From Alphaproteobacteria bacterium (GTDB lineage Bacteria > Pseudomonadota > Alphaproteobacteria > Bin95): 64,000 bases of DNA. The position numbers and the translations under genes are program-made. Where the stretch lies: the NCBI GenBank assembly GCA_965205265.1, contig CBDBGH010000003.1, positions 448,001 through 512,000 on the forward strand, read 5' to 3'. The notes under the pieces are model-generated. The model saw only the letters and a program-made list of their open reading frames with translations, did no database searches and was not told the origin of the DNA. Positions 1 to 12,820 of the stretch are shown piece by piece (positions within the stretch are counted from its first letter, which is position 1; every line of letters begins with the position of its first letter).

Positions 1-1862
<1,862 letters not shown>

Positions 1863-1916
1863 CGTCTCCAGCAAATGCCTCCGGCCGGCGAGGAAAGGTG
1901 AGGGGGTCTTCCGATC

Positions 1917-3200
1917 CTAGTTAAGTTCCGCGCCGCTGGAAACAAGGGCAAATCCCGGGCCCGCCAACGGAGCGCGCGGCCGGAATGTCGCACAGGGATA
2001 TGCCGTTTCGTCAAGATGGCACGCCGTGCCCTCGGGTTCGAGCAGGCGGCCGTCCTCGGAAAAGAAGGCGGGCAGGGCGCGGTCGAGCGCGGCGGGCCAG
2101 GGCCGGGATTCTGCCGCTGCCGCTCGCGGCCGTCGCCCCACCGCAACCGGAGACGGACCCGGATTGACGACCTCGAAGCGCCCGTCCCAAAGGCCGCGTC
2201 CCCCCGGGCCGAGCCGCAGCACCTCCCCGATCCGCCCGGCCTCCCGCCCGCACCACCAGCCGGTGCGGGTCCGCATCACGGCGCAGCCGCCCAGAACGCT
2301 TGCCGCAGGCGCGTCCCTGAGGCGCGCGGCGAGGCCGGCGATTCTGGCGCTGCGGGGCGGATGGACCTTGCCGCCGAGCGTCGCCAGCAGGCGGCCGAGC
2401 GCGGCCCCGCCGTCCGGCGCGGCAAGCATCCGGGCGATATCGACGCGCGCAATGCCGCTGTCATGGAGTTCGACCGTCGCGGCGAGCAGGCCGGCTATGC
2501 GATCCTCCTGCTCTCGACGCCGGGCGGCGCGGGCGGCCGCCTCCCGACCCAACCTTGCCAATTGGGCGGGTGTCATGGCGGCGCGCAGGCGGCCCCGCGC
2601 CGAGGAGGGCGCGAGATTCGTCGGATCGTCGATCCAGCCGACGCCGAGGCGGGCCAGATACGCCTCGAGCTCCTGCCGCGGCCGCTCCAGCAGCGGGCGG
2701 AGCAGGCGCATATCGGCGAGTTCGGAGACGGGCGCCATGGCCGCGAGGCCCAGAGCGCCGCTGCCGCGTTCGGCGCGCATCGCCGCGGTCTCGCCCTGGT
2801 CCTCCAGGTGGTGGCCGAGCAGCAGGTGCAGGGCCCCGGCGTGCCGGCAGGCTTCGGCGAGCAGCTCGTAGCGCGCCTTGCGGGCCGCCGCCTGCACGTT
2901 TCCGCGGGCGAGCGGGCCGGTGCGGGTGAGGATGCGGTGGGGGATGCCGAAAGGCGCAAGCCGGGCGCCCGCGATGGCTGCTTCATCGGCGGATTCGGGC
3001 CTCAGGCGGTGATCGACGGTGAAGGCCAGAAGTTCCCCGCCATGCGCGACGGTCCAGGCCCCGGCCATCAGGGCAAGCGCCATGCTGTCGCGCCCGCCGG
3101 AAACGGCGGCGGCGAGGCGCGGCGCCCTCTCGAACGGACCCAGTCGCGCCATGGCGCAATCGAACGCCGGGTCGGAAGGCGGCGGGTTGGGCGTCAGCAC
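1917..3200 (-). CDS. tilS: tRNA(Ile)-lysidine synthetase
   Basis: PP-loop AVSGGRDS, VDHRLR, HHLEDQGET, DDPTN motifs; conserved cpoB-tilS-ftsH order. Confidence 0.95.
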   Translation of the reverse strand: MLTPNPPPSDPAFDCAMARLGPFERAPRLAAAVSGGRDSMALALMAGAWTVAHGGELLAFTVDHRLRPESADEAAIAGARLAPFGIPHRILTRTGPLARGNVQAAARKARYELLAEACRHAGALHLLLGHHLEDQGETAAMRAERGSGALGLAAMAPVSELADMRLLRPLLERPRQELEAYLARLGVGWIDDPTNLAPSSARGRLRAAMTPAQLARLGREAAARAARRREQEDRIAGLLAATVELHDSGIARVDIARMLAAPDGGAALGRLLATLGGKVHPPRSARIAGLAARLRDAPAASVLGGCAVMRTRTGWWCGREAGRIGEVLRLGPGGRGLWDGRFEVVNPGPSPVAVGRRPRAAAAESRPWPAALDRALPAFFSEDGRLLEPEGTACHLDETAYPCATFRPRAPLAGPGFALVSSGAELN

Positions 3201-3892
3201 TTCAGCCGCCGGCGCTCGGAGGCGGCGGCGGCGATAACGGCGGGCGGCGCCTGCTTGTGCTTGCGCGACAACCGCGACAGCGCAATGCAGGCTTCCTCTT
3301 CCTTGCCGAGCGCGGCAAACGCCCGGCCGAGCTTCAACAGATTGTCGGGAGCCTTGGGACCGTCCGGGTCCTTTTCGTAGGCGAGCAGGAATTGCTGCGC
3401 GGCAGCGTCGTGCTTGCCCTGCCCGGCGAAACTGGCCGCAAGCCAGTGCCTGGCGTTGTTGGCCAGTTCATGTGCGGGAAAATCGTTCAGGAAAGCCGTG
3501 AAGACCTGCTCGGCCTCCGGCAGCCGCGCCTGCAGCAGCAGGTTCCGGCCCTGCTTGTACAACTCCAGGGCATCGCCTTGGGGCAGCGCGCCCGGCGGCT
3601 GCGCCCCGGTCTCGCCCGACGCGGCGACCGGCGGGGCAGCCGCGCCGGCATCCGGCGCCGGTGTTTCGGCGGTTTCCGCCGGTCGCTCGGCGGCCGCTTT
3701 CTCCAGCGCCTCTATGCGCAACTCAAGACCGTCGACCTGGCGTCGCAGCCGTTCGACGGTGTTGTTGAGGTCGCGCAGGTCGCGTTCATAGGTCGAGAGC
3801 CGGTTCAGGATCGGGAGCAGCGTCTGGTCGGCTGTCTGCGCCGCTGCCGTCGCGGGCAGGGCGCAGAGCAGCAGGAACGCCAGAACGCGCAT
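3194..3892 (-). CDS. cpoB: Tol-Pal system TPR protein CpoB/YbgF
   Basis: Signal peptide, coiled coil, C-terminal TPR (KAPDNLLKLG); follows pal. Confidence 0.9.
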   Translation of the reverse strand: MRVLAFLLLCALPATAAAQTADQTLLPILNRLSTYERDLRDLNNTVERLRRQVDGLELRIEALEKAAAERPAETAETPAPDAGAAAPPVAASGETGAQPPGALPQGDALELYKQGRNLLLQARLPEAEQVFTAFLNDFPAHELANNARHWLAASFAGQGKHDAAAQQFLLAYEKDPDGPKAPDNLLKLGRAFAALGKEEEACIALSRLSRKHKQAPPAVIAAAASERRRLKC

Positions 3893-3899
3893 CGCCGGA

Positions 3900-4424
3900 T
3901 CAGTCCAGGATCATCACCGAACGACGGTTCTGGGCCCAGGCTTCCTCGTTCGATTCGACCGCGATGGGCCTTTCCTTGCCGTAACTGACGATCCGCACCC
4001 GGTTGGCGTCGATGCCGGAGGCGAGCAGGTAGCTGCGCACCTCGGCGGCGCGCCGTTCGCCGAGCGCCAGGTTGTATTCCCGCGTGCCGCGCTCGTCCGC
4101 ATGGCCTTCCACGACCACCGAGAGGCCGCTATGCGCGGTAAGCCAGTTCGCCCATGCCGCGACCTGGTCCTGCGCTTCCGTGTTGAGATCGTGCTGGTCA
4201 TAGGCGAAATGCACCCGGTCGCCGATCACCTGCTGCAATTCTTCCGCGGAGCCTGGCGGCGGCGCCAGCGCCCGCGAATCGACCCCCTGGTCCTGCCTGG
4301 CCGCCTGGGCGCCCGCTGTAGCTGCGGCCGTGCCGTCCGCCTTGCCGTCTTCCAACTCCGAGCTCGTCTCGCAGGCGGCGAGGAACACCAGTGCCAGCGC
4401 CGGCGCCAGCAGTTTCATCGACAT
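3900..4424 (-). CDS. pal: Peptidoglycan-associated lipoprotein Pal
   Basis: Lipobox LAAC; OmpA-like motif EGHADERGTREYNLALGERRA; AAGGAG RBS before ATG 4424. Confidence 0.97.
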   Translation of the reverse strand: MSMKLLAPALALVFLAACETSSELEDGKADGTAAATAGAQAARQDQGVDSRALAPPPGSAEELQQVIGDRVHFAYDQHDLNTEAQDQVAAWANWLTAHSGLSVVVEGHADERGTREYNLALGERRAAEVRSYLLASGIDANRVRIVSYGKERPIAVESNEEAWAQNRRSVMILD

Positions 4425-4509
4425 GCGAATTCTCCTTTGGTCTCGCGACGTGTAAGCCAACCGCGAATCGGCGCCATTGTGCGGCATTCGATACGCGGCA
4501 CAAGGGCAT

Positions 4510-5844
4510 TCACGGGGAAATCGGCGACCAGGCCGGGTCGGATGCGTCCGTCTCCGTCGCGATCCGGCGCGGTGCGCCTCCGATGATGTTGACCTGCCAC
4601 AAGCCGGGCGAATAACCCACGCGGCGGTCCTGCGCTCTGTCCTGCTTGAAATAGGCCAGCACACGCCCGTTCGGCGACCAGGTCGGCCCTTCGGCATGAT
4701 AGGCCGAATCGAGGAGTCTCGCCTCGGTGCCGTCGGGGCGCATGGTGCCGATATGGAACTGACCGCCCAGAATTTGGGTGAAGGCGATCAGGTCGCCGCG
4801 CGGAGACCAGACCGGCGTGGCGAACCGGCCCTTGCCGGTGCTGATCCGCCGCGGGTCGGAGCCGTCGGCGTTCATGACATAGAGTTGCTGGGTGCCGCTC
4901 CGCTTGGACTCGAACACGATCCGGGAGCCGTCCGGGCTGAAGGAGGCTGCCGCGTCGATGCCGGCCGTGTGCGTCAGGCGGGCGAGCGTGCGCGTGCGGA
5001 GGTCCATCGAGAAGATGTCGGAATTGCCTTCTTCCTGGGTCATCGTGACGAGCACGCTGTTGCCGTCCGGGGAGAAGCGCGGCGCGTATTGCATGCCGGG
5101 AAACCGGCCGAGCGCTTCGCGCTGGCCGGAATCGATATTGAGGATGTGGACGCTGGGCGGCTGGTTCGGGCGGTCGTAGGCGAGATAGATGACTTCCTGC
5201 TCGGTCGGCGAGAAGCGCGGCGTCAGCACCAGATTGGCCCCGTCCGTAAGGTAGCGCGCGCGCGCGCCATCCTGGTCCATCAGCACCAGCCGCTTGCGGC
5301 GCTTGTCCGCGGGGCCCGTCTCCGAGACGAAGACGATGCGGCTGTCGAAATATCCCTCCTCGCCCGTGACCCCCTTGTAGATGGCGTCGGCGATCTTGTG
5401 GGCGACCTTGCGCCAGTTCTCCGGCGGCGTGGTGTATGTCCAGCCCACGACCTGCTGCTGAGTGAGCACATCCCAAAGCCGGAACAGGGCGCGCAGGTCG
5501 CCGTTCGGTTGCATGGCGGTTTCGCCGACGACCAGCAGATGGGCGCCGATAACGCGCCAATTGTTGAAATTCGGGCGAAGGTCGGCGTCTTCCGGGCGGG
5601 AGAGGAATGCCTCCTCTGAAATGGCGCGAAAGAGGCCGGACCTCTCCAGGTCGGCGCTGATGACACTGGCGATTTCGTCCCCGAAGCGGGCGGCCTCCCT
5701 GTCCGCGCCGGAGAAGGGCGCAATGGCAACCGGAACGGGGTCCGGCACGCCTTCGGTAATGTCGATGGTCACCTGTGCCGCCGCGGGCAACGCGGCCGCG
5801 AAGAACATGGGGAGCAGGGCAAGGCGGAGAAACGGGAGCAGCAT
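4510..5844 (-). CDS. tolB: Tol-Pal beta-propeller protein TolB
   Basis: DLERSGLF N-domain and repeated P-x-F/W-SPDG PD40 motifs. Confidence 0.97.
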   Translation of the reverse strand: MLLPFLRLALLPMFFAAALPAAAQVTIDITEGVPDPVPVAIAPFSGADREAARFGDEIASVISADLERSGLFRAISEEAFLSRPEDADLRPNFNNWRVIGAHLLVVGETAMQPNGDLRALFRLWDVLTQQQVVGWTYTTPPENWRKVAHKIADAIYKGVTGEEGYFDSRIVFVSETGPADKRRKRLVLMDQDGARARYLTDGANLVLTPRFSPTEQEVIYLAYDRPNQPPSVHILNIDSGQREALGRFPGMQYAPRFSPDGNSVLVTMTQEEGNSDIFSMDLRTRTLARLTHTAGIDAAASFSPDGSRIVFESKRSGTQQLYVMNADGSDPRRISTGKGRFATPVWSPRGDLIAFTQILGGQFHIGTMRPDGTEARLLDSAYHAEGPTWSPNGRVLAYFKQDRAQDRRVGYSPGLWQVNIIGGAPRRIATETDASDPAWSPISP

Positions 5845-5862
5845 GGTCGCAGGCCTCCTCGT

Positions 5863-6816
5863 CTATTGCATTCGGTGCGGGTCGAACCGCAGGGTCAGCG
5901 ACTTCCAGAGCGCCATCTTGCCCGAAGGCACATCGAGTTGCTCGCAGAACGGATGGCCGAGCGCGCGTCTCGCGCGCTCCTGCGCGGCGCGGTAGCTGCG
6001 GCTGCTCTGGCCGTCCACCGTCTTGACCGAGGTGACGCGCCGGTCCGGGCCGAGTTCGATCTGGAGCACGACGACATGGCGTTCGGAGGGCGCGAGGCCG
6101 GGGATCGTCTGCCAGCAGCGGGAAAGCTGCCGGAACAGCCGGTGCTTCTCGGAAACGGTGAACACGGCTTCCTCGGACTCTTCGGCGGGAACCGGGGTTC
6201 TGTTCGCGAGCGCGCTTTTGAGCTTGTCGAGGTCGTTCCCGCTCGCAGCCTTGCGTAATGCTGCCAGTTCGTCGGGCGGGTCCTTGGGCGCGATCTGCGG
6301 CAGCGGCGGAGGCTCGGGCGCGGGTTCCGGAGGTTTGGGCGGCGCCTTGGCCCGCGCCTGTTGCTGCGGCGGGCGCTGCGGCAGGGGCGGCGGCTTCGGG
6401 TCGGACGCCGGCGGCTCAGGCTCGGGCTCCGGCGGGCTCGGGGGCAGCGGGGCGGCTACCGGTTCGGGCTCGGGCGGCGGCGGTTCCGGCTTCGGCGGTT
6501 CGGGAGCAAGCGCAGCCACCTCCACCGGCTCTTCCGGTTTCGGCGGGTCCGCCGGCGGTGTCTCGACGGGCGGCGTCTCGACAGGCGAGGGCTCGGCTGC
6601 AACCGGTTCGGGCTCCGGCGGCGCTTCCGGCGGCAAGGGCTCCGGCGGCGGCAGAGGCGCTTTCGCTTCCGTGCGTTCGCTCACCATAGTGACCGTGACG
6701 GGGACCGCCGTCTCGAACGGGTCCGGCGGATCGTGCAGCGCCGGCAGGCCCACCGCGGCCAGCACAAGCAGGCCGATATGGGCGAGCGCCGAGAGAAGCA
6801 GGCTCGAATGGCTCAC
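5863..6816 (-). CDS. tolA: TolA/TonB-like proline-rich inner-membrane protein
   Basis: N-terminal TM with SxxxH motif (SALAH), long Pro/Glu linker, C-terminal TolA-like domain; lies between tolR and tolB. Confidence 0.85.
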   Translation of the reverse strand: MSHSSLLLSALAHIGLLVLAAVGLPALHDPPDPFETAVPVTVTMVSERTEAKAPLPPPEPLPPEAPPEPEPVAAEPSPVETPPVETPPADPPKPEEPVEVAALAPEPPKPEPPPPEPEPVAAPLPPSPPEPEPEPPASDPKPPPLPQRPPQQQARAKAPPKPPEPAPEPPPLPQIAPKDPPDELAALRKAASGNDLDKLKSALANRTPVPAEESEEAVFTVSEKHRLFRQLSRCWQTIPGLAPSERHVVVLQIELGPDRRVTSVKTVDGQSSRSYRAAQERARRALGHPFCEQLDVPSGKMALWKSLTLRFDPHRMQ

Positions 6817-7253
6817 GGCGAAGATCCCGCGCGCGGCACTTCCGCCATCAGCGACACCTTGTCGAAGCCAGCCGCCGCAAGCGCGCCCATGACCTCCATC
6901 ACCCGCCCGTAGTCGATGGCGCGGTCGCCGCGGACATAGACGAACGTGTCCTCCCGCGCGCCCATGATCGCGCGCAGCTTCGCCGCGAGCCCGTCCAGAC
7001 CCACTTCGGTTTCCTGGATATAGACCTTGCCCTCGGCATCGACGCTGACCACCAGCGGCTCGTCGCGGTCGGTCAGCTGCGCCGCTTCGGTCTCCGGCAG
7101 GTCCACCGGCACGCCGACGGTGAGCAGCGGGGCGGTTATCATGAACACCACCAGCAGCACCAGCATGACATCGACGAGCGGCGTCACGTTGATCTCGCTC
7201 ATCGGGCGGTATCTGCGCCCGCTCCGGCCCGGTCCTCCCAGCCAGGCCGCCAT
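6813..7253 (-). CDS. tolR: TolR
   Basis: EINVTPLVDVMLVLLVVFMITAP signature. Confidence 0.96.
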   Translation of the reverse strand: MAAWLGGPGRSGRRYRPMSEINVTPLVDVMLVLLVVFMITAPLLTVGVPVDLPETEAAQLTDRDEPLVVSVDAEGKVYIQETEVGLDGLAAKLRAIMGAREDTFVYVRGDRAIDYGRVMEVMGALAAAGFDKVSLMAEVPRAGSSP

Positions 7254-7254
7254 C

Positions 7255-7986
7255 TCACCCGGCCTCCGAAAGCTCGCGCGAGGTGACGGTGACGACGTCG
7301 GCCACCAGCCCGTCGAGCCGCGCGCCATAGCGCGCGATGTCGTTGGAGAACTTGTTGTAGGCGACGACCGCCGGAATTGCGGCGACCAGCCCGAGCGCGG
7401 TGGCGAACAGCGCTTCGGCGATACCCGGCGCCACGACGGCGAGGTTGGTCTGCTTGGACGCCGCGATCGCGGCGAAGCTGTTCATGATGCCCCAGACCGT
7501 GCCGAAGAGGCCGATGAACGGCGAGACCGAGCCGACCGAAGCGAGGAACATCATGTGCCGCTCGATTCGGTCCATCCAGCGGCCGGCCTCGACCGTCATC
7601 ACCCGTTCGACCCGCACCTGCAAGGCATCGCGGGCGGCCGCGTCCCTGAGCGTCCCGCTGCCGAGCGAGCCCTGGAGTTCCAGCATCGCTTCGCCGAACA
7701 CGCAGCTCATCGGGTCGCGTTCCTGGTGGCTGGTCTGGGCATGCAGGTCCTCGAGGGAGGCGACCGACCAGAACAGCTCCTCGAACCTGCCGGCGTCGCG
7801 GTTGAGGCGGCGCATCCGGCGCCATTTGTCGAAAATGATCGCCCAGGACATGACGGAGGCGACCAGCAGCACGAGCATCACCGCCTTGACGACAAGATCG
7901 GCCTGCAGAAACAGGCTGAACGGAGACAGGGTGTCAGTCGCCGCAAGCGAACCCGTGACCAGACCTTGCACCAGTGAATCGTCCAT
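7255..7986 (-). CDS. tolQ: TolQ
   Basis: PFIGLFGTVWGIM and VAPGIAEAL motifs. Confidence 0.97.
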   Translation of the reverse strand: MDDSLVQGLVTGSLAATDTLSPFSLFLQADLVVKAVMLVLLVASVMSWAIIFDKWRRMRRLNRDAGRFEELFWSVASLEDLHAQTSHQERDPMSCVFGEAMLELQGSLGSGTLRDAAARDALQVRVERVMTVEAGRWMDRIERHMMFLASVGSVSPFIGLFGTVWGIMNSFAAIAASKQTNLAVVAPGIAEALFATALGLVAAIPAVVAYNKFSNDIARYGARLDGLVADVVTVTSRELSEAG

Positions 7987-7993
7987 GGACTGT

Positions 7994-8431
7994 CTAACCT
8001 TCCCCCACGATGTCGCCCTGCAATTGGGCAAAATCATGGCGCAACGGCGCCGGGAGCCGCCTGGGGCGACCGTTTTCGCCAAGTCTGGCGATGCGGATGC
8101 GAATCGTCACCAGCAGCTCGCCGGCCCGCCATATACTCTGCGCCAGCGACAATGTCGCGCTGCTGGCGTCCGTCGCCCGCGTGCGCACTTCCAGCGCATC
8201 GTCGAGTCTGGCGGGCCGGTGGTAGCGGATCGTGCAATCGACCACGGCGAACGCGACGGAGCGATTGCTGTAGCCCAGTTCCCGGAGCAGCTCGGTGCGC
8301 GCGCGCTCGGCGAAGCGCAGATAGGCGGCATGATAGACGATGCCGCCCGCGTCGGTGTCCTCGTAATAGATCCGGACCGGGAAGACATGGTCCTCCCGGC
8401 AGGGCCGCCCGTCCTCGGGGTCATGCTCCAT
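7994..8431 (-). CDS. ybgC: Tol-Pal-associated acyl-CoA thioesterase
   Basis: [19 protein letters not shown] hot-dog motif. Confidence 0.93.
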   Translation of the reverse strand: MEHDPEDGRPCREDHVFPVRIYYEDTDAGGIVYHAAYLRFAERARTELLRELGYSNRSVAFAVVDCTIRYHRPARLDDALEVRTRATDASSATLSLAQSIWRAGELLVTIRIRIARLGENGRPRRLPAPLRHDFAQLQGDIVGEG

Positions 8432-9443
8432 CGAACAGGTCCGCCGCGCTCCGGGGCGGCGCGAGGCCGAGACACTCCCAGCCCTGGCGCGAGAGCATGC
8501 GCCCGCGCGGCGTGCGCAGCACCAGCGCCTCCCGGATGAGATAGGGCTCCACCACCTCCTCCAGCACGTCGCGCTGCTCGGCGAGCGTGGCGGCAAGGGC
8601 TTCGGCGCCGGCCGGGCCGCCGCCATAGGCGTCTGCAAGGCAGCGCATATAGCGCCGGTCCATCGCGTCGAGGCCGAGCCGGTCCACCTCAAGCTGCACG
8701 AGCGCGGCGTCCGCCGCCACGTCGTCGATCTCGCCGCGGCCGGCAACGGCGGCGAAGTCGTGGACCCGGCGGAGAAGACGCCCGGCGATCCGCGGCGTGC
8801 CGCGCGCCCGCCGCGCGATCTCCAGCGCGCCGGCCTCGCTTGCCGGAATCCCGAGCAGCCCGGCGGCGCGCGCCACGATCCGCGCCAGTTCCTCCGGCTC
8901 GTAGAATTCGAGCCGCAGCGGAATTCCGAAGCGTTCGCGCAGCGGCGTCGTCAGCAGGCCGGCGCGCGTCGTGGCGCCGACCAGGGTGAAGGGCGGCAGG
9001 TCGATGCGCACCGAGCGCGCGGCCGGTCCTTCGCCGATCATCAGGTCGAGCTGGCAGTCCTCCAGCGCCGGATAGAGGATTTCCTCGACCGCCGGGTTCA
9101 GGCGGTGGATTTCGTCGATGAACAGCACGTCGCGCGGCTGGAGGTTGGTGAGCAGGGCCGCGAGGTCGCCGGCGCGCAGGATGACCGGGCCGGAAGTCGC
9201 CCGGAAGCCGACGCCCAGTTCGCGGGCGACGATCTGCGCCAGCGTCGTCTTGCCGAGGCCCGGAGGCCCGACGAACAGCACATGGTCCAGCGCCTCGCCG
9301 CGCGCTCTGGCCGCGTCGATGAAGACCTTCAGGTTCCGCCTGAGGCGTTCCTGGCCGACGAATTCGTCCAGCGTTTCCGGGCGGAGCGCGGCGTCGCGGT
9401 CTCCGGGCCGGCGTTCCGGCATGACGCTGCGGTCCTCCGTCAC
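8421..9443 (-). CDS. ruvB: Holliday junction branch migration helicase RuvB
   Basis: [23 protein letters not shown]. Confidence 0.98.
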   Translation of the reverse strand: MTEDRSVMPERRPGDRDAALRPETLDEFVGQERLRRNLKVFIDAARARGEALDHVLFVGPPGLGKTTLAQIVARELGVGFRATSGPVILRAGDLAALLTNLQPRDVLFIDEIHRLNPAVEEILYPALEDCQLDLMIGEGPAARSVRIDLPPFTLVGATTRAGLLTTPLRERFGIPLRLEFYEPEELARIVARAAGLLGIPASEAGALEIARRARGTPRIAGRLLRRVHDFAAVAGRGEIDDVAADAALVQLEVDRLGLDAMDRRYMRCLADAYGGGPAGAEALAATLAEQRDVLEEVVEPYLIREALVLRTPRGRMLSRQGWECLGLAPPRSAADLFDGA

Positions 9444-10033
9444 CCGGCAAGCTCCCGAAGGCTCGCCCGGACCAGGTCGTCGAAGGCGGCGTCCTCGCCG
9501 AGGCTGCGCCTGGCCGCCGCCGCCGCCGTGAGAGCCTCGGAGCGCCCGTAGCCGAGATTGACCAGCGCCGAAAGCAGTTCGTCCCCGCCGCCGGCCCCCG
9601 CGGCGCCGGGTATGGACGAGAGCGGCGCGGCCGGCGTCTCGGCCTTGCCCTTCAGTTCGTTGACGATGCGCGCCGCGAGCCTCGGGCCGACGCCCTCGGC
9701 GCGGGTAAGCGCCTTGCGGTCATCGGCCAGCAGGGCGGTCGCCAGTTCGTCGGGCGTGAGCGCGGACAGCAGGGCGAGCGCTACGCGCCCGCCGACCCCC
9801 TGCACGCCCGTCAGGTGGCGGAACCAGTCCCGCTCGGCGGCGTCGGCGAAGCCGTAAAGCGCGATCGAGTCCTCGCGGACCCGCGTTTCCACCAGGAGGG
9901 TGGCCTCGCGGCCGTTCTCCAGCCGCCCGGCGGTGCGGCTGGAGGCCTGGACCAGATAGCCGACGCCGGCGACATCCACGATCAGCGCCTCGCCGTCGCC
10001 GAGATCGACCCTGCCGGTCAGCCGCCCGATCAT
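9440..10033 (-). CDS. ruvA: Holliday junction DNA-binding protein RuvA
   Basis: MIGRLTG start, VAGVGY, HhH motifs GVGGR/GVGPR. Confidence 0.96.
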   Translation of the reverse strand: MIGRLTGRVDLGDGEALIVDVAGVGYLVQASSRTAGRLENGREATLLVETRVREDSIALYGFADAAERDWFRHLTGVQGVGGRVALALLSALTPDELATALLADDRKALTRAEGVGPRLAARIVNELKGKAETPAAPLSSIPGAAGAGGGDELLSALVNLGYGRSEALTAAAAARRSLGEDAAFDDLVRASLRELAG

Positions 10034-10527
10034 CCGGCCGCCGCCGCGAAAGGCATGCCATGCGCGTGCGCGACCGCGACCGCCAGCGCATCGGCGGCGT
10101 CGGGGCCCGCCGGATTGCAGCCGGGCAGCAGGATGCCGATCATGTATTGCACCTGCGCCTTGTCCGCCCCGCCGGCGCCGACCAGCGCCTTCTTCACGCT
10201 CCTCGGGGCATATTCCGTCACCGGCAGCCCCGCATTGGCGGAGGCCACCAGCGCCGCGCCGCGCGCCATGCCGAGCTTCAGGGCCGCGCCCGGGCTGCGG
10301 TGGACGAACACCTCTTCCACCGCCGCCATGTCCGGCCCGTATTGCCGGATCACCTGCGTGACGCCGGCGAAGAGTTCGGCCAGCCGGTCCGCCGTCCGGG
10401 CCTTCGGGTCCGGCTTGAGTTCGCCGTTGGCGACATGGACGACCCGGCTGCCATGCGCATCGACGATCCCCCAGCCCGTAATCCGCAAGCCGGGGTCGAA
10501 CCCGATGACGCGGACGCCGCGGGTCAT
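10030..10527 (-). CDS. ruvC: Crossover junction endodeoxyribonuclease RuvC
   Basis: [19 protein letters not shown] motifs. Confidence 0.96.
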   Translation of the reverse strand: MTRGVRVIGFDPGLRITGWGIVDAHGSRVVHVANGELKPDPKARTADRLAELFAGVTQVIRQYGPDMAAVEEVFVHRSPGAALKLGMARGAALVASANAGLPVTEYAPRSVKKALVGAGGADKAQVQYMIGILLPGCNPAGPDAADALAVAVAHAHGMPFAAAAG

Positions 10528-11273
10528 CCGGCGAGCCTGGCGAGCACCTCGTCCGACACGTCGTAATTGGCCGAGACGTTCTGCACGTCGTCATGGTCGT
10601 CGAGCGCTTCGAGCAGCTTGAAGAGCACGGCCGCCGGTTCCTCCCCGACGGGCACGAGGGTCTGCGGCTTCCAGATGAGCCGCGCGGCCTGCGGCTCGCC
10701 GATGGACCGTTCCAGCGCTTCGCGCACCGCATGCAGGTCTTCCGGCGCGGTCAGCACGTCGTGGCCTTCGTCGTCGGAATCCATGTCGTCGGCGCCGGCC
10801 TCCAGCGCCGCCTCGAAAATCTCGTCGCTGCCGGCGGCGTCCCGGGAGAAACGGACCAGTCCCGCCCGGTCGAACAGGAAGCTCACCGAGCCGGTCTCGC
10901 CGAGCGAGCCGCCGTTCTTGGAGAAGGCGGCGCGGACATCGGCCGCCGTGCGGTTGCGGTTGTCGGTCAGCGCCTCGACGATCACCGCGACGCCGGCCGG
11001 CCCGTATCCCTCGTAGCGCACCTCCTCATAGACGGCGCCGTCGCCGTCGCCGGCGCCGCGCTTCATCGCGCGCTCGATGCGGTCGCGGGGCATGTTGGCG
11101 CCGCGGGCGGCCTGGATGGCGGAGCGCAGGCGGGGGTTCGATTCGGGGTCGGGGGAGCCCAGCTTCGCCGCCACCTCGATCTCGCGCCCGATCTTGGTGA
11201 ACAGGCGCGCGCGCTTCGCGTCCTGCGCGCCCTTGCGGTACATGATGTTCTTGAATTGCGAATGTCCGGCCAT
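10524..11273 (-). CDS. yebC: YebC/PmpR family protein
   Basis: [23 protein letters not shown]. Confidence 0.96.
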   Translation of the reverse strand: MAGHSQFKNIMYRKGAQDAKRARLFTKIGREIEVAAKLGSPDPESNPRLRSAIQAARGANMPRDRIERAMKRGAGDGDGAVYEEVRYEGYGPAGVAVIVEALTDNRNRTAADVRAAFSKNGGSLGETGSVSFLFDRAGLVRFSRDAAGSDEIFEAALEAGADDMDSDDEGHDVLTAPEDLHAVREALERSIGEPQAARLIWKPQTLVPVGEEPAAVLFKLLEALDDHDDVQNVSANYDVSDEVLARLAG

Positions 11274-11315
11274 CGGCCTGCCGCCCTCTTGCCGCCGCGG
11301 AATCGGGACCCGTGG

Positions 11316-12137
11316 CTATATAACGCAGGCGGGCAGGGTCTGCGAGAGCCGGCCCCCGACCCGCACCGGCTCGGCGCTGAGCGCAAGCCCCGTCCGGTCG
11401 TCGGTTTCGACGAAGAGGCCGCATACCGTCGCCGGGCCGGCCGCGGGCTCCGGCCGTCCGCCCGACATCTTGCGCACGAAGCGGCGCATCGGCTCCTCCT
11501 TGTCCATGCCGATGACCGAGTCGTAGTCGCCGCACATGCCGGCGTCGGTCTGGTAGGCGGTGCCCTTGGGCAGCACCGTCGCGTCGGCGGTCGGGACATG
11601 GGTGTGGGTGCCGACCACGACCGACACCTCGCCGTCGAAGAAATGCCCGAAAGCCATCTTCTCCGCGCTCGCCTCGCCGTGGAAGTCGATCAGGACCGCG
11701 TGCGCCCCCCCGCCCAGCGGGTAGCGCCTGAGCGCGCGAAGCACCGTGGCGAAGGGGTCGTCCAGCGCGTCCATGAACAGCCGCGCCATCGCGTTGACGA
11801 CGACGGCCCGTCTCCCGTCGCCCAGCACGACCTCGGCGAGCCCCCGCCCCGGCGTGCCGGGCGGATAGTTGATCGGCCGCAGCAGCCTCGGTTCGCCCTC
11901 CATATAGGGGATGACCTCCTTGCGGTCCCAGACATGGTTGCCGGAGGTCACGACATCGGCGCCGGCCTTGAACAGGCCTTCCACCATGTCCGGCATCATG
12001 CCGATGCCGTGGGCCATGTTCTCGCCATTGACGACGGCGAGGTCCACGGCGAGCCGCCGCCGCAGCTCCGGCAACTCCTTCGCCACCGCATCGCGGCCCG
12101 AACGGGCCACCACATCGCCGAGAAAGAGGATTCGCAC
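11316..12137 (-). CDS. YmdB-like metallophosphoesterase
   Basis: FLGDV, NGEN, SGNH, DFHGE, GTHTH motifs. Confidence 0.92.
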   Translation of the reverse strand: MRILFLGDVVARSGRDAVAKELPELRRRLAVDLAVVNGENMAHGIGMMPDMVEGLFKAGADVVTSGNHVWDRKEVIPYMEGEPRLLRPINYPPGTPGRGLAEVVLGDGRRAVVVNAMARLFMDALDDPFATVLRALRRYPLGGGAHAVLIDFHGEASAEKMAFGHFFDGEVSVVVGTHTHVPTADATVLPKGTAYQTDAGMCGDYDSVIGMDKEEPMRRFVRKMSGGRPEPAAGPATVCGLFVETDDRTGLALSAEPVRVGGRLSQTLPACVI

Positions 12138-12138
12138 G

Positions 12139-12681
12139 TCACGCTCTCCGCTGGAAAAATCCGAGGCCGGTCTCCGTCAGGACGCCGGCGAGCGGCCGGT
12201 CGTCCGGTCCGACGGGCACGGCCGCCACCTCCTGTGCCGCATGGGCCGCGCCGATGGCAAGGGCGCCCGTCGCCGCAATCGTCCGGTCGTAATAGCCGCC
12301 GCCGTAACCGAGGCGGTTGCCGCGGGCGTCGAAGGCGAGCAGCGGCACCAGCAGCACATCCGGCTCCGCCGCCAGCCCCGTCGGCTCTAGGATTCCGAAG
12401 GGGCCCGGAACCATTCTGTCCCCCGGCCGCCAGAGCCGGAATTCCAGCACCGTGCCGCGCGGCCCGGTCACCGGCAGCGCCACCGGCCGGCCGAGCGCCT
12501 GTAGCAGCGGACGGGGATCGATTTCCCCCCGGACCGGCCAGTAGCCCGCGATGCACCGCCCTTCGAGCGGCGCGTCCGGGCAGAGCGCGGCCGGCGCGAA
12601 GCCCGCCCGGCGCCGCAGCATTTCGCGGCGCATGGCCGCCTTGGCGGAGGCAAGCGAAGCCGCCCTGGCCGTCGGTCTCAA
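12139..12681 (-). CDS. ygfA: 5-formyltetrahydrofolate cyclo-ligase (start uncertain; ATG at 12633 is an alternative)
   Basis: RLGYGGGYYDR motif; lies directly downstream of 6S RNA as in other proteobacteria. Confidence 0.93.
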   Translation of the reverse strand: MRPTARAASLASAKAAMRREMLRRRAGFAPAALCPDAPLEGRCIAGYWPVRGEIDPRPLLQALGRPVALPVTGPRGTVLEFRLWRPGDRMVPGPFGILEPTGLAAEPDVLLVPLLAFDARGNRLGYGGGYYDRTIAATGALAIGAAHAAQEVAAVPVGPDDRPLAGVLTETGLGFFQRRA

Positions 12682-12811
12682 GCCAATCCTCCGGGACCCT
12701 CGCCATCGAGGTGGGCGTCGTGTGCCGAAGCCGGGACTCCGGCAGGGACAACTCCCTGGAGTTTCGGTAACGGCCCCGGGATTTCGTTAGCCAAACGCAC
12801 CGGGCAGCTTC
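12656..12811 (-). ncRNA. ssrS: 6S RNA
   Basis: zapA-ssrS-ygfA synteny; closing stem GAAGCTGCCC...GGGCGGCTTC; alphaproteobacterial core CAGGGAGTTGTCCCTG and CGCCCACCT. Confidence 0.88.
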
Positions 12812-12820
12812 GCGGCGACT

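Noticed and set aside
6023-6892. Gly/Ser-rich ORF resembling an adhesin
   Set aside because: It is the antisense reading of the Pro/Glu-rich TolA linker.
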